Under the pieces are notes generated by a model that worked only from the letters and a program-made list of their open reading frames with translations, made no database searches and was not told the DNA's origin. 51,630 nt of DNA from Candidatus Nanohaloarchaea archaeon (GTDB lineage Archaea; Nanohalarchaeota; Nanosalinia; Nanosalinales; Nanosalinaceae). Positions 27,601 through 36,105 of the stretch are shown here, one piece after another. The stretch covers positions 1-51,630 of the forward strand of contig JBEQBQ010000007.1 of NCBI GenBank assembly GCA_041639695.1, written 5' to 3'. The first letter of the stretch is position 1. Each line of letters begins with the position of its first letter. A program made the translations under genes and the position numbers.

Positions 27601-29477
27601 GATTCGATTGTTAGATCAGGTACTGTGTAAATACTGCTGTCCAGAAGCAAGGTGTAGTCTTGACTAGGCTCCGGCACTTTTGTGCCTTTAACTTCGACGG
27701 TTACCTGACCTTCTTCAGGTATGTATACCTGTTCTACGTTGTTTAGGTCGTCTGACTTGTTTCTCCAAGCATCCTGTGATGCTCTCGAGGAGTTCATGGT
27801 CCAAGGATAGAAACGGTGTCCTGTCGAGTTCCTGACAATAAGATCCAGATTGTTCACGAGATTAAAACCCGAGGAGCTTTCGGCTGCAGGATCCGACCAG
27901 ACAAGAGTAATGTTAGCAGAACTTTCAACATTTAGATCGTATGTATTTTTCTCTCCGTTAGTTAATGAACCGTTTCTCATCAGGTTTCCAGATTCCTCCG
28001 ATCTCAGGTAGTCTAAAGCCCTTGATACGTTTACTAGACCCCATCCCGTCTCATAGTCCGGTCCCTGCCCCTGAAGATCGGTTGCTGTCTGGATCAACAT
28101 GCCTCTTAGCTCTGCAGGGGTCGCGTTCCGGTTCTTTTCCTGTCTGAATTCCTGCTGCAAGAGTAATACTGCGCCGGATACACCAGGAGCAGCCATCGAG
28201 GTACCTTGCTTACTTGTGTACGAATTTCCGGGAATGGTAGAGGTTAAAGACTCTCCTTTAGCCATCAAATCCGGCTTTATTCTGCCGTCATCTGTCGGGC
28301 CGTAAGACGAGAAGCTTGATCTGGTTCTTTTCCCGTCTAGAGAACCTACAACTATCGTGTTCTTGGCTGTCGCGCCCGGCCCGGTTAAAGTACTGTTATC
28401 TCCGCTACAGCCTCCCAGGTTTCCTGCCGCGAACACTACAGGAATTTTTTCAACTACGGTATCACCAGCGATTACGTCATCGTATCCCGCACTTCTTGAG
28501 GTGTAAGCCCCCAAGTAAAAGTTGTTGGAGCAACTTAGATCGAAGCCCCAAGAGTTCTGTGACACTTCGGCGTTATAGTTATTTACAGCATCTTCGTGTT
28601 CGTTGATAAGTTCTGAATTGTTTTCCGGCCACTCGTATGTAGCCAGAGAGGCGTTAGGTGCGATACCTCTGTACTGAGAGTTCTTAATTCCTGCACCTAG
28701 CATGGTTCCTGCGACGTGAGTTGCGTGGTCGCTGATCTGGCAGTATGTTTCTGTACATCCTGCATCCCCTCTAAACAGTTTTCCTGAGTAGTTAAGATCC
28801 ATGTGTTTTGCGGCCCATCCTCCGTCCCAGATTCCTGCTGTTAATCCTGATCCGTTCAGCTTTGAGTCCCACTCCTCCAACATGTCGACCTCTATCAGAT
28901 CTCGGGAACCTTGGTTCATAGCTTTTAGAGCTGGTGGTATCGGCCTGACCCATTTTACAGGGCCTTTAGCAAGTTGTTCTGGAGCCTTGTTCGTCTTTAT
29001 CTTCCAACTAATGCCTTTTGAAATCAGCTTGCCGTTTTTACCGACAAATTTCTGCTTCTGGTCGGGAGATGTATTGTTAAAGAACTGAACGTAAAGGGTT
29101 CTAGTCTCTGATGTGTCTAAGGTTTTTTCTTTGAAGGCTGGCGATATTCTGTGCTGGGAATCAATATCGAGAACCTGTACGTTGGGATTGTTATCCAGCT
29201 TCTGTATCGCCTTTCGTGTAAGATCAGCATAGTAGGCGTTCTCAGGAATGTATCCTAATAGTTCCAGTCCCTTGATATTAATCTTAGCTCGGTCCGGTAG
29301 CTGCTCGAACTCTACGATGTGGTATCCTGGCTCTGTATTTTCCGTTCCGAAAGCAGTCATGGATGGTTTTCCTGGCTCAACCGGCCCTGTCTTCAGGTTT
29401 ACTTTGCCGGCAGAAATAGAGATCAAAATTAGTGTGAGAAGAACCGGTGCCATTCCCCGCCAAGAAACTTTAACCAT
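24681..29477 (-). CDS. Membrane-anchored S8 subtilase with Ig-like repeats and a PGF-pre-PGF-like domain
   Basis: Signal peptide; WDGG, HATHVAGT, AAGN, GTSMAAP; repeated SP.N.TY..VDT units; Gly linker; C-terminal TM. Confidence 0.92.
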   Translation of the reverse strand: MVKVSWRGMAPVLLTLILISISAGKVNLKTGPVEPGKPSMTAFGTENTEPGYHIVEFEQLPDRAKINIKGLELLGYIPENAYYADLTRKAIQKLDNNPNVQVLDIDSQHRISPAFKEKTLDTSETRTLYVQFFNNTSPDQKQKFVGKNGKLISKGISWKIKTNKAPEQLAKGPVKWVRPIPPALKAMNQGSRDLIEVDMLEEWDSKLNGSGLTAGIWDGGWAAKHMDLNYSGKLFRGDAGCTETYCQISDHATHVAGTMLGAGIKNSQYRGIAPNASLATYEWPENNSELINEHEDAVNNYNAEVSQNSWGFDLSCSNNFYLGAYTSRSAGYDDVIAGDTVVEKIPVVFAAGNLGGCSGDNSTLTGPGATAKNTIVVGSLDGKRTRSSFSSYGPTDDGRIKPDLMAKGESLTSTIPGNSYTSKQGTSMAAPGVSGAVLLLQQEFRQEKNRNATPAELRGMLIQTATDLQGQGPDYETGWGLVNVSRALDYLRSEESGNLMRNGSLTNGEKNTYDLNVESSANITLVWSDPAAESSSGFNLVNNLDLIVRNSTGHRFYPWTMNSSRASQDAWRNKSDDLNNVEQVYIPEEGQVTVEVKGTKVPEPSQDYTLLLDSSIYTVPDLTIESPDNKTYTNKSIYFNVSTDIDIEKAVYSIDGGSNKSMENDSQTHFFKKQDVVDGSHNVSFYVKHSTGGWNSSTRYFSVDTEPPKLWLYSPENKAYSTDIIDLNYSTKNADRAFYNKGFGNTTITENKSFEFSEGSHDIKLYSEDEHRNLNSTNRSFTVDTVPEIKLYSPGNTSYSGSLDLNYWVDQNATVKYNLGSGNQTVNGNTSLNLEDSSYNLTVYATDPKGNTDKANASFTVDSKKPEITVNAPKGNYSEIFGEINISVKDNSSIKWAKAELQSYEEYIAGEKVANYSLIRNNSFFYNQTVSFNETKYNTTYYVMDEAGNLGKLSDSFIIDDTPPSPIIRTIDNTTYNTEVLWANMTSTEGLKSAQLFINGTERSFNRENSTFYYSKLNLKPGKANLSINATDKFNNTYFGSAFFTIENLPPSINRANPRDLYKVNDTVKIGYNVKEETPDSFSLNITYPNSTSITRYLNKPENNPYPTSFKVTELFNSTQQIGNYTVEIKVNDTYSRKTSVERDFEVRKPVNLTLNFSDGENKTKTDYKLFTKNYTANKSGVSNTTEEVPEGIWSLEIGNSSKAVLKKINLSRNTNATVNWSEKVSTNKLERENTEFKEVLAAKTDLNFSEAELEINYTEIENPKLLRCGDWEFSSENCGSDWQEVSDADFSSGTAKANISSFSAYSVVKETESSTDSSGDSGGSGGGGGSSGGGATGLSTSQQQAETQIKEERTVENDQAVFRNINITRNKKLDLEGLEGLDSITLITSSSESRMNLTIKRQAFEVNDFRILKAYNLDSSLQNSRFRINFSVGSNVLNNSNLNVYDRRQGWESTDSKKLVEEPDETYFSAALSAPTEFAIGLQEINNSPAKKQSTVNRTEKKSSDPSQRPQSLVLPVVSILLLVLFGSAGYIGFRIHKRRSLRKKIEQITSEMKENLQGGGKLPKDSMVKVEHAQKAMRLGKYSKAEKIMEELESEL

Positions 29478-29521
29478 ATTGTATATCTATGAAAAGCTGT
29501 TTTTTATCACATAGGCTTAGC

Positions 29522-30163
29522 TTATTCGATCAGAAACCGCTTGTAAAGATCCTTCGTATTCCGGTAAACAAGAACCGCAACAACCAGTAACACGATAAAA
29601 ACAGCTACAGCCGTCGAAGCCTTATCAATCCTTGAAGCAATATCCCTGAAGCCTTTCTGGGCGTACCAGCCTACCATCGCCAGCCCGAAGTTTCTAGGGA
29701 GCATTCCAACAAAACTCCAGAAACCATACCGCTTCCAATCCATCCGGAAAAGCCCTGCACTACCTGAAATAAGTGATAGAGGTACTAACGGGATCGCCCT
29801 GAACAAAGCTACGTAGTAGCCTTCACGGCCAGAGTCAAAATGTCTCTCCAATCCCTTGATTTCATTCCATGAGACATCAATATACTTTCCATAACGCTTA
29901 ATTATAGGCTTTCCTCCCCTATAAGCTATTCCGTAGACAAAGTAAGAGCTTACAACAGAAGCTATAGACGCAGGTAAAGCGATCCAGAAAAACACCTCTA
30001 AAATAGCAGGCACTAGAGAAGTCGATTCAACCAGGAACGCTCCGGCGGCCATAGGTATAATAGGCGAAGGTATTGGAACAACAACCTCCTCGACAACCAT
30101 GCCAATTACAACAGCCAATAACTTGTACTCAATAACAAACTGGATTAGTTGAGAGGCCACCAT
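29522..30163 (-). CDS. DedA/VTT family membrane protein
   Basis: EEVVVPIPS..MAAG, YGIAYRGG, FRAIPLVP..ISGSAG..F. Confidence 0.9.
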   Translation of the reverse strand: MVASQLIQFVIEYKLLAVVIGMVVEEVVVPIPSPIIPMAAGAFLVESTSLVPAILEVFFWIALPASIASVVSSYFVYGIAYRGGKPIIKRYGKYIDVSWNEIKGLERHFDSGREGYYVALFRAIPLVPLSLISGSAGLFRMDWKRYGFWSFVGMLPRNFGLAMVGWYAQKGFRDIASRIDKASTAVAVFIVLLVVAVLVYRNTKDLYKRFLIE

Positions 30164-30205
30164 ACTGGAAAGTTGACACCCTGTTTATGTAAACCCTTCA
30201 ATCCC

Positions 30206-31639
30206 TTAGAAGCTTGAGAACAGATCTTCGAAGAAATTGACTATTCTTTGAAGTAAACCGGTTTTTCTCCCAACTTTCTGTGTTCTATCAGGAAGACTTA
30301 ACTTTTGGAACTGAAGAGTCCGTGAAGATTTTTCCGGTTTAGCTGTATAAACCGGGTAATCAAAGTTATTCACCTTCTCCAGACAGTTCTCGAACCTATC
30401 CCTATCCTCAAACTTACAAGGTGTCATATCCATCTTCCGGCTGAAAAACTCCCATTTCTCATCGGGACTATCAACCTTTGAATCAAATTCCATGCCCTCA
30501 TAAAGCTCATAGATCGAACCGTTATTTCTCACAAAGTTTCTCAGGATTAGCTCCGAATAAGCATATCCGAAACTTCTGTAATCAGCAAAATTGTGGGGAT
30601 TCCAGTTCTTCATGAAGCTCATATTTTTACTGTAGTACTGCCAAAGCACCTCCTGTGAACCTTTAGGCTCAAGAGAGTAGATAACGTTTTCACCCTCTAT
30701 CTCGGACCTATACTCCTTCTTATCTCCAAACAACGATCTTGGGCCAATATCAATTCTCCCAGAGTTGTAGAGTTTCTTCCTCATTAAGAACTCAGCGTAC
30801 TCCGAAGTACCTTCCTCAAAGTATGATGACTTCGTTGCATCCCACTTCAGCTTTCGATCATTCAAACCATGGACTATTTCGTGCGCAAGAACAGGCAAAG
30901 CGCTTCTACCTAAACCCTCTCTCAACCTGATACTGCCTGAAACATATTCTCCGGCACTCCACCTGTTGACAGTTTCATTATACTTATCTGATGGAAGAGT
31001 TGCGGCAGGAAATCTTTCGAAACCCTGTACCTGTCCGATAGTTCCAACTGCAACAGTGTAGGCTTCATCAGCATTCTTAGGCGTCGAACCGAAGAACTCG
31101 AAATAATCTGTTCTATTTCCATCTCCAAAGTTCAGCCTGATATTTGTCGGACCTTCCCCCCTGAAACGCATCTCAGAACCGTTATAGGACGAGACAAACC
31201 CGTAGCCGATCCATCCAGAAATGAAATCCTCGATTTTAACAGTTCCCGTAGTTTTCTCTCCTTTAAAGCTTGGAAGTGAGAGCTCTCTTCTGTGCCAGTC
31301 CTCGTGAATATTTTGGGCCTCCTCATTCACTCTCATCTTGATTATCAGAGTCTCTGAATTCCTTGGCCTGCCTTTATTCGTGGATATAACTACGGAGTCG
31401 TTAGAAACAGTATAGCTTTCTACCCGTCCAAGAGAATCGTTTATGCCGAGTATTTCAGCGTTTTCAGGTATTTTCCAGTCAAGTTTCCAGTTTGATACAG
31501 GACAGTCATCCTGGCAGTCCAACTTGACTGTAGTGTTCATTAAGATTTCCTGTCTGTCCGCTTCAATACTGTACTGGACTTCCGCTGCAGATAAAGCTGT
31601 AAAAATAATCAGTAGGAGAAAAACAATATTCTTTCTCAT
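30206..31639 (-). CDS. Secreted gluzincin-type zinc metallopeptidase
   Basis: Signal peptide; LAHEIVH followed by FEEGTSEY; GYAYS. Confidence 0.75.
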   Translation of the reverse strand: MRKNIVFLLLIIFTALSAAEVQYSIEADRQEILMNTTVKLDCQDDCPVSNWKLDWKIPENAEILGINDSLGRVESYTVSNDSVVISTNKGRPRNSETLIIKMRVNEEAQNIHEDWHRRELSLPSFKGEKTTGTVKIEDFISGWIGYGFVSSYNGSEMRFRGEGPTNIRLNFGDGNRTDYFEFFGSTPKNADEAYTVAVGTIGQVQGFERFPAATLPSDKYNETVNRWSAGEYVSGSIRLREGLGRSALPVLAHEIVHGLNDRKLKWDATKSSYFEEGTSEYAEFLMRKKLYNSGRIDIGPRSLFGDKKEYRSEIEGENVIYSLEPKGSQEVLWQYYSKNMSFMKNWNPHNFADYRSFGYAYSELILRNFVRNNGSIYELYEGMEFDSKVDSPDEKWEFFSRKMDMTPCKFEDRDRFENCLEKVNNFDYPVYTAKPEKSSRTLQFQKLSLPDRTQKVGRKTGLLQRIVNFFEDLFSSF

Positions 31640-31691
31640 GCCAACGAATTAGCTTGAAGTAAATAAAAGAACCTGTGGCCAATATTGAACC

Positions 31692-32276
31692 ATGGCAATA
31701 CTGTCGGACAAGGAGATAAGGAGAATCGTAAAAGAGAAAAGCGCGGTTGAAGGCAAGAAAGGTCCTGAAATCGATCTTGATCTACAGGTCGGTCCGGCAT
31801 CCATGGATTTCAGACTGGGCTACGAGTTCGGCATCATGAACACCCGGAAACTCGATATAATCGACACGAAAAACATGGAAAAATACCAGAAATACATCGA
31901 GAAAGAAACACATACTGCTGAAGACGGTATTGTTATCCACCCCGGCGAGTTCATCCTTGGTTCAACTCTGGAGAAAATAAACCTGCCTGACAACATGGTT
32001 GCAAGAGTAGAGGGTAGAAGTAGTTACGGAAGACTTGGAATAATCGTTCACTCTACAGCAGGATTTGTTGACCCCGGTTTTGAAGGAGATATCACGCTCG
32101 AAATCCAGAACCTTGGTAATGCACCGGTAAGAATGTATCCTGAAGACCGTGTGTGCCAGGTAGCGTTCGAGACCATGGAAGGAGAGGTGGAAAATCCTTA
32201 CGGCGACAAAAAAGACGTGAAATACATGGGACAGACCGGCGCCACCGGATCAAAGCTGAACAGAGAGAAGAGATAA
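31692..32276 (+). CDS. dcd: dCTP deaminase
   Basis: ILSDKEI, GPASMDFRLG, EGRSSYGRLG, AGFVDPGFEGDITLEI, KYMGQ. Confidence 0.95.
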   Translation: MAILSDKEIRRIVKEKSAVEGKKGPEIDLDLQVGPASMDFRLGYEFGIMNTRKLDIIDTKNMEKYQKYIEKETHTAEDGIVIHPGEFILGSTLEKINLPDNMVARVEGRSSYGRLGIIVHSTAGFVDPGFEGDITLEIQNLGNAPVRMYPEDRVCQVAFETMEGEVENPYGDKKDVKYMGQTGATGSKLNREKR

Positions 32277-33025
32277 TGAAGCCTGTCGACTGCCACTGCC
32301 ACCTAGACTTCGAACAGTACGAAGAGGACAGAGAGAAAGTAATCGAAAGAGCTAAAGGAAATTTGGAGTTTGTTGTGAACGCAGGCAGCAATTTAGAGCA
32401 TAACAGCAAAGCACTTGAACTACAGGATAAACACAAAGAATTTGTCTATGCTAATCTAGGGATTCATCCGACATATACAGATAATTTTGACCAAGTTGAA
32501 GAGATTAAACAGCAGATACGAGAGGAGAATCCTGTTGCGATCGGGGAGATCGGTTTAGACCACCACCATGTAAAAGAAGAATCCGAGCGGGAGAGACAGG
32601 AAGAGGTTTTCCGTGAGATGCTTGAACTTGCTGAAGAACTCGGTAAACCGGTTGTTGTCCATACGAGGGATGCGGAGAGGAGATCTATCGAGATAATCGA
32701 GGAATACGATATAGAGAATGTGATGCTTCACTGTTTCAACGGTTCTCCGGAGTTGGCTGAGAGAGCTGCTGAAAACGGATGGGCGGTAGGAGTTACAACT
32801 CAGGTTCTGTACTCTTCAAGGGTTGAGTCGATAGTTGAAAAACTAGATCTGGAGAATATTCTTCTTGAAACAGATTCTCCATTTCTTTACCGGGGGGATA
32901 GGAACGAGCCGGCGAATGTTGAGGAGTCGGCAGAAAAGATAGCGATGATCAACGACAAGGAGGGGAAGGTAATTGTGGAGAAGACCACGTTGAACGCAAG
33001 AACCTTCTTTGGTATTGAACCTTGA
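32276..33025 (+). CDS. tatD: TatD family DNase
   Basis: DCHCHLD, GIHP, IGEIGLD, VHTRDA, LHCF, LETDSP; ATG overlaps the dcd stop (TAATG). Confidence 0.93.
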   Translation: MKPVDCHCHLDFEQYEEDREKVIERAKGNLEFVVNAGSNLEHNSKALELQDKHKEFVYANLGIHPTYTDNFDQVEEIKQQIREENPVAIGEIGLDHHHVKEESERERQEEVFREMLELAEELGKPVVVHTRDAERRSIEIIEEYDIENVMLHCFNGSPELAERAAENGWAVGVTTQVLYSSRVESIVEKLDLENILLETDSPFLYRGDRNEPANVEESAEKIAMINDKEGKVIVEKTTLNARTFFGIEP

Positions 33026-33071
33026 TCGGTTGAAGCGTATTTCTTTATATGTTGGGCTTCAAGGTTTCTAT

Positions 33072-33536
33072 ATGGTACTCGAAAAGTTCAAGGACAAGGT
33101 TTCTACGGAGCCAAACGTCGCAGTTTACGTTGATGGTCCTAACGTGATTAGGAAACAGTTCGATCTTGACCTAGATGCTTTGAGAGAGAAAGTTGAAGGT
33201 TTTGGTACTATTAAAGTCGGAAAGGTTTTCCTTAACCAGTATGCTTCAGAAAAACTGATCGAAGCTATTGTATCACAGGGATTTGAACCTGCACTAGGAC
33301 TTGGGGGCGAAAAAGACAAAGAAAGTGATGTCGATGTCTATATGGCTGTCAACGCGATGGAGTCCGTGTTCTCAGATGAAATAGATGTTGTAGTAATTGT
33401 TACGAGAGATGCTGACTTCCTACCCGTTGTTCAAAAGGCGAAAGAACATGGCAAAGAAACTGTCGTTATCGGCATGGAGCCCGGATTCTCTACAGCTCTT
33501 CAGAACGCAGCTGACGAAGTAATCGAGCTTGACTAG
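33072..33536 (+). CDS. NYN (LabA/DUF88-like) PIN-fold nuclease
   Basis: VDGPNV, DVDVYMAV, TRDADFLP, STALQNAAD. Confidence 0.88.
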   Translation: MVLEKFKDKVSTEPNVAVYVDGPNVIRKQFDLDLDALREKVEGFGTIKVGKVFLNQYASEKLIEAIVSQGFEPALGLGGEKDKESDVDVYMAVNAMESVFSDEIDVVVIVTRDADFLPVVQKAKEHGKETVVIGMEPGFSTALQNAADEVIELD

Positions 33537-33539
33537 AAA

Positions 33540-33860
33540 ATGGCGCCGATAAATTTTAACCTGACTTCAACATTTGATCTTATCGTTGGAGTAATGATGC
33601 TCTTTACAGCATCACCCGTACCTATAGTCTTTGCGGAGATACATGCCTTCTTTCTGATATTCAAAGGAACTGTCACCCAGATAAGAGGCTTCCCTCCCAT
33701 GATGCCTATATTTATTTTAGGTACTGTGGCAGACATTATCTCTGCCGCTATAATTTATACCGGGCAGCCACCGATCTTCGCAGATTACAAGGTTTGGATA
33801 GCCGGCTTCCTAGCTTTCAAAGGCTTCTCCAGTCTACTAGGCATAATGTCGATGAGCTAA
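33540..33860 (+). CDS. Small multi-pass membrane protein
   Basis: Hydrophobic 106 aa with two internal D..I..FKG repeats. Confidence 0.7.
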   Translation: MAPINFNLTSTFDLIVGVMMLFTASPVPIVFAEIHAFFLIFKGTVTQIRGFPPMMPIFILGTVADIISAAIIYTGQPPIFADYKVWIAGFLAFKGFSSLLGIMSMS

Positions 33861-33867
33861 GAAAAAC

Positions 33868-34404
33868 TTATCTTCTGCCCTGCAAATTCTGGTTAATTCT
33901 CTTCAGAAGCTCGATAATTTGCTCATTTTGCGCCTTCAGCTCTTCAAAATCTCCTCTTTGATCTGAAACTGATTCATTTGAAGGCTGTAACTCGTTTCTT
34001 CCTCTCTGGCCCTGCCTACCAAGCTCTTGCTGGTTGTCTTGTCCTCTTTGCCTTTGCTGTCTCTGATTCTGGCCTTGGTTAATGCCGGCGTTCTCCATCT
34101 TCCGCTTAGTCTGGCTGCTTAACTGAGGCGAGCTTGAACCCGGGTCAGGTCTTCCTGCCTGTGCGTTTGGGTGTTGATTATTCTGGTTTCCGTTGTTTTG
34201 AGGCTGTCTCTGGTTCTGAGCATTACCTCTAGGCTGACCCTGATCCTGTCTTTGGTTATTATTCAAACTGTTTTGATTTGGAGGACTGTTTTGATTTCCC
34301 TGACTGTCAATACCTGAATCGTCTAGAGAGTTATCTAGGTCGGGCGAGTCAAATCTAGAGTTGTCATCGTTTGAACCTGGCTTCAAGTCGTCGAATACGC
34401 CCAT
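33868..34404 (-). CDS. Q/N-rich disordered protein with C-terminal coiled coil
   Basis: ATG 34404 (MGVFDDLK..); Q/N/G/R low-complexity body; DFEELKAQNEQIIELLKRINQNL tail. Confidence 0.7.
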   Translation of the reverse strand: MGVFDDLKPGSNDDNSRFDSPDLDNSLDDSGIDSQGNQNSPPNQNSLNNNQRQDQGQPRGNAQNQRQPQNNGNQNNQHPNAQAGRPDPGSSSPQLSSQTKRKMENAGINQGQNQRQQRQRGQDNQQELGRQGQRGRNELQPSNESVSDQRGDFEELKAQNEQIIELLKRINQNLQGRR

Positions 34405-34476
34405 GCAACCTTGTTTAAAAACGTGGTTGATAAGGTTTCCGGCCTCTTTAAGTACAAGTTTTACTAAAACCAAGGC

Positions 34477-36105
34477 GTGAGCCACGGCCACGACTACTCT
34501 GACACAGAGCACTGCGAGTTCGGCCACACCTTCGTAGACGAAGACGGACCTGAATATCCAAGAGAGGCCGGAGGCAAGGAAATCTATACACTAGAAGACC
34601 TGGAGGACGCTACTGACGACACTTTTCTAAAGCCTATAATGGGAGACCAGTGGAAAAAAATGAAAGTGAAGGGCTCACAAGGAGACGGCTTCGGAGCAAT
34701 ACTTGAAGCAATCGACACATGGGACACCGACGAGGACTGGGAAGTGTCCATGGTGGGTGAAGAACTCTTTGTCTCACCTCAAAGCGAGCTACACGGAAGC
34801 TACATGCAGCAGAGACAGCAAGCCGAACAAAGAGTTAAAGAGACCATGAGAAGTCTTTCCGAGCAGATAAAGCAGAAACACATGCTTGAACACGATATCA
34901 GAAAGCTAAGATCAAGATCTGAAGCCATGGAAGATCAAGATGATGCCGTTTTGAAAGGCGATTTTGTGGAACTAGTTGATTCAGCAGGCGGCGGACAAGG
35001 TGCGGCCCCTGGTTCTCTAGACTTCCTCAGAAACAACAATATCTATCCAACAATTGTCTCTGACTTCAACGAGATGGAGTCCGTAGAGGATCTTGAAGAA
35101 GGAGGACCCCTTGATGACCTGCCTGAGAACGAGAAAGCTATACTCAAGAAAAAGTTCAAGATGTACGAAAAATGGAAGGATCTGTACGGTTCTGAGGTAC
35201 AGAGAAAACTTCGGGAACTTAAAGGCGAGCTGAGAAGCACCGAAAGATCTATAGAGGAGACAAAGAGCTGGCTCGAACCTTACATCAAGGACATGGTTAC
35301 GATCAACGACATGACCGCAGGAGACACAGACCAGACCAAGGGAATGACTCCGCAGTACATTTCGAGAGGTTACTCCTCCATGGAGCGCCACATGACCTAT
35401 ATCGCTTACCAGCCCGTGAAGCCTCAGGACGGCAACCTAGTGGAAGCGGAGGACGAGGACCACGCCACTCACTTCAAAGTGATCTATCTTCACGGCGTTC
35501 TTGTCAATATAGGTAATCCTTCGGAACCGAGACAGGTTGGAAGCGAGACAGGCGTCATTATGTGGCATCCGGCAATTGTATGCAGACACGTCTTCGAAAG
35601 AATATTCAAGAAGAAGGTTGAGGAGGCGGAGAACAAGGTTGAGACCTTGATGGAGGAGTATACCGGCGAGTTCTCTCCAACAGACACAGATCTTAAAGCT
35701 GCAAGAAACGCGGAGGACCTTGCTATCAGAGATCTCAGGAAGAAAGTAGGCGAAAAACTGACCGAGATGGGCGAACTTAAGGAAAACCAGCAGGTATCCC
35801 TAGAGTTCTCCGCAAAGATCAGGAGGATTGAGGACGGCTTCGAATCAGTGGAAAGCATCGCAGAGGATTACAGTAAAGAACACTTAGAGGCTTTAGAAGA
35901 AGTATTAGATACTAGCTTTTCTGAAAATGAGGAGGATGACTGGGAGGAACCAACCGAGTTCCAGAAAAAGATGAAGCGATTTATCGGTAGTACTGACGAT
36001 TTCGATATTAATGCTCAAGCGCAGTACAACGATTATGCTTATAACCTGATAATGGATTACTATATTGATTTGAAGAAAGGTTTAGGACTTTACACGATGA
36101 AATGA
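34477..36105 (+). CDS. Uncharacterised coiled-coil protein with an XRE/MBF1-like HTH near the C-terminus
   Basis: GTG 30 nt after TTTAAG; two coiled-coil segments; LKAARNAEDLAIRDLRKKVG..IRRIEDG..LEALEEVL. Confidence 0.7.
   Translation: MSHGHDYSDTEHCEFGHTFVDEDGPEYPREAGGKEIYTLEDLEDATDDTFLKPIMGDQWKKMKVKGSQGDGFGAILEAIDTWDTDEDWEVSMVGEELFVSPQSELHGSYMQQRQQAEQRVKETMRSLSEQIKQKHMLEHDIRKLRSRSEAMEDQDDAVLKGDFVELVDSAGGGQGAAPGSLDFLRNNNIYPTIVSDFNEMESVEDLEEGGPLDDLPENEKAILKKKFKMYEKWKDLYGSEVQRKLRELKGELRSTERSIEETKSWLEPYIKDMVTINDMTAGDTDQTKGMTPQYISRGYSSMERHMTYIAYQPVKPQDGNLVEAEDEDHATHFKVIYLHGVLVNIGNPSEPRQVGSETGVIMWHPAIVCRHVFERIFKKKVEEAENKVETLMEEYTGEFSPTDTDLKAARNAEDLAIRDLRKKVGEKLTEMGELKENQQVSLEFSAKIRRIEDGFESVESIAEDYSKEHLEALEEVLDTSFSENEEDDWEEPTEFQKKMKRFIGSTDDFDINAQAQYNDYAYNLIMDYYIDLKKGLGLYTMK

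Noticed and set aside
32153-34527. Longer starts in the ORF track for tatD (32153), NYN (33009) and the Q/N protein (34527)
   Set aside because: The extensions overlap neighbouring genes; downstream ATGs fit the family N-termini or promoter spacing
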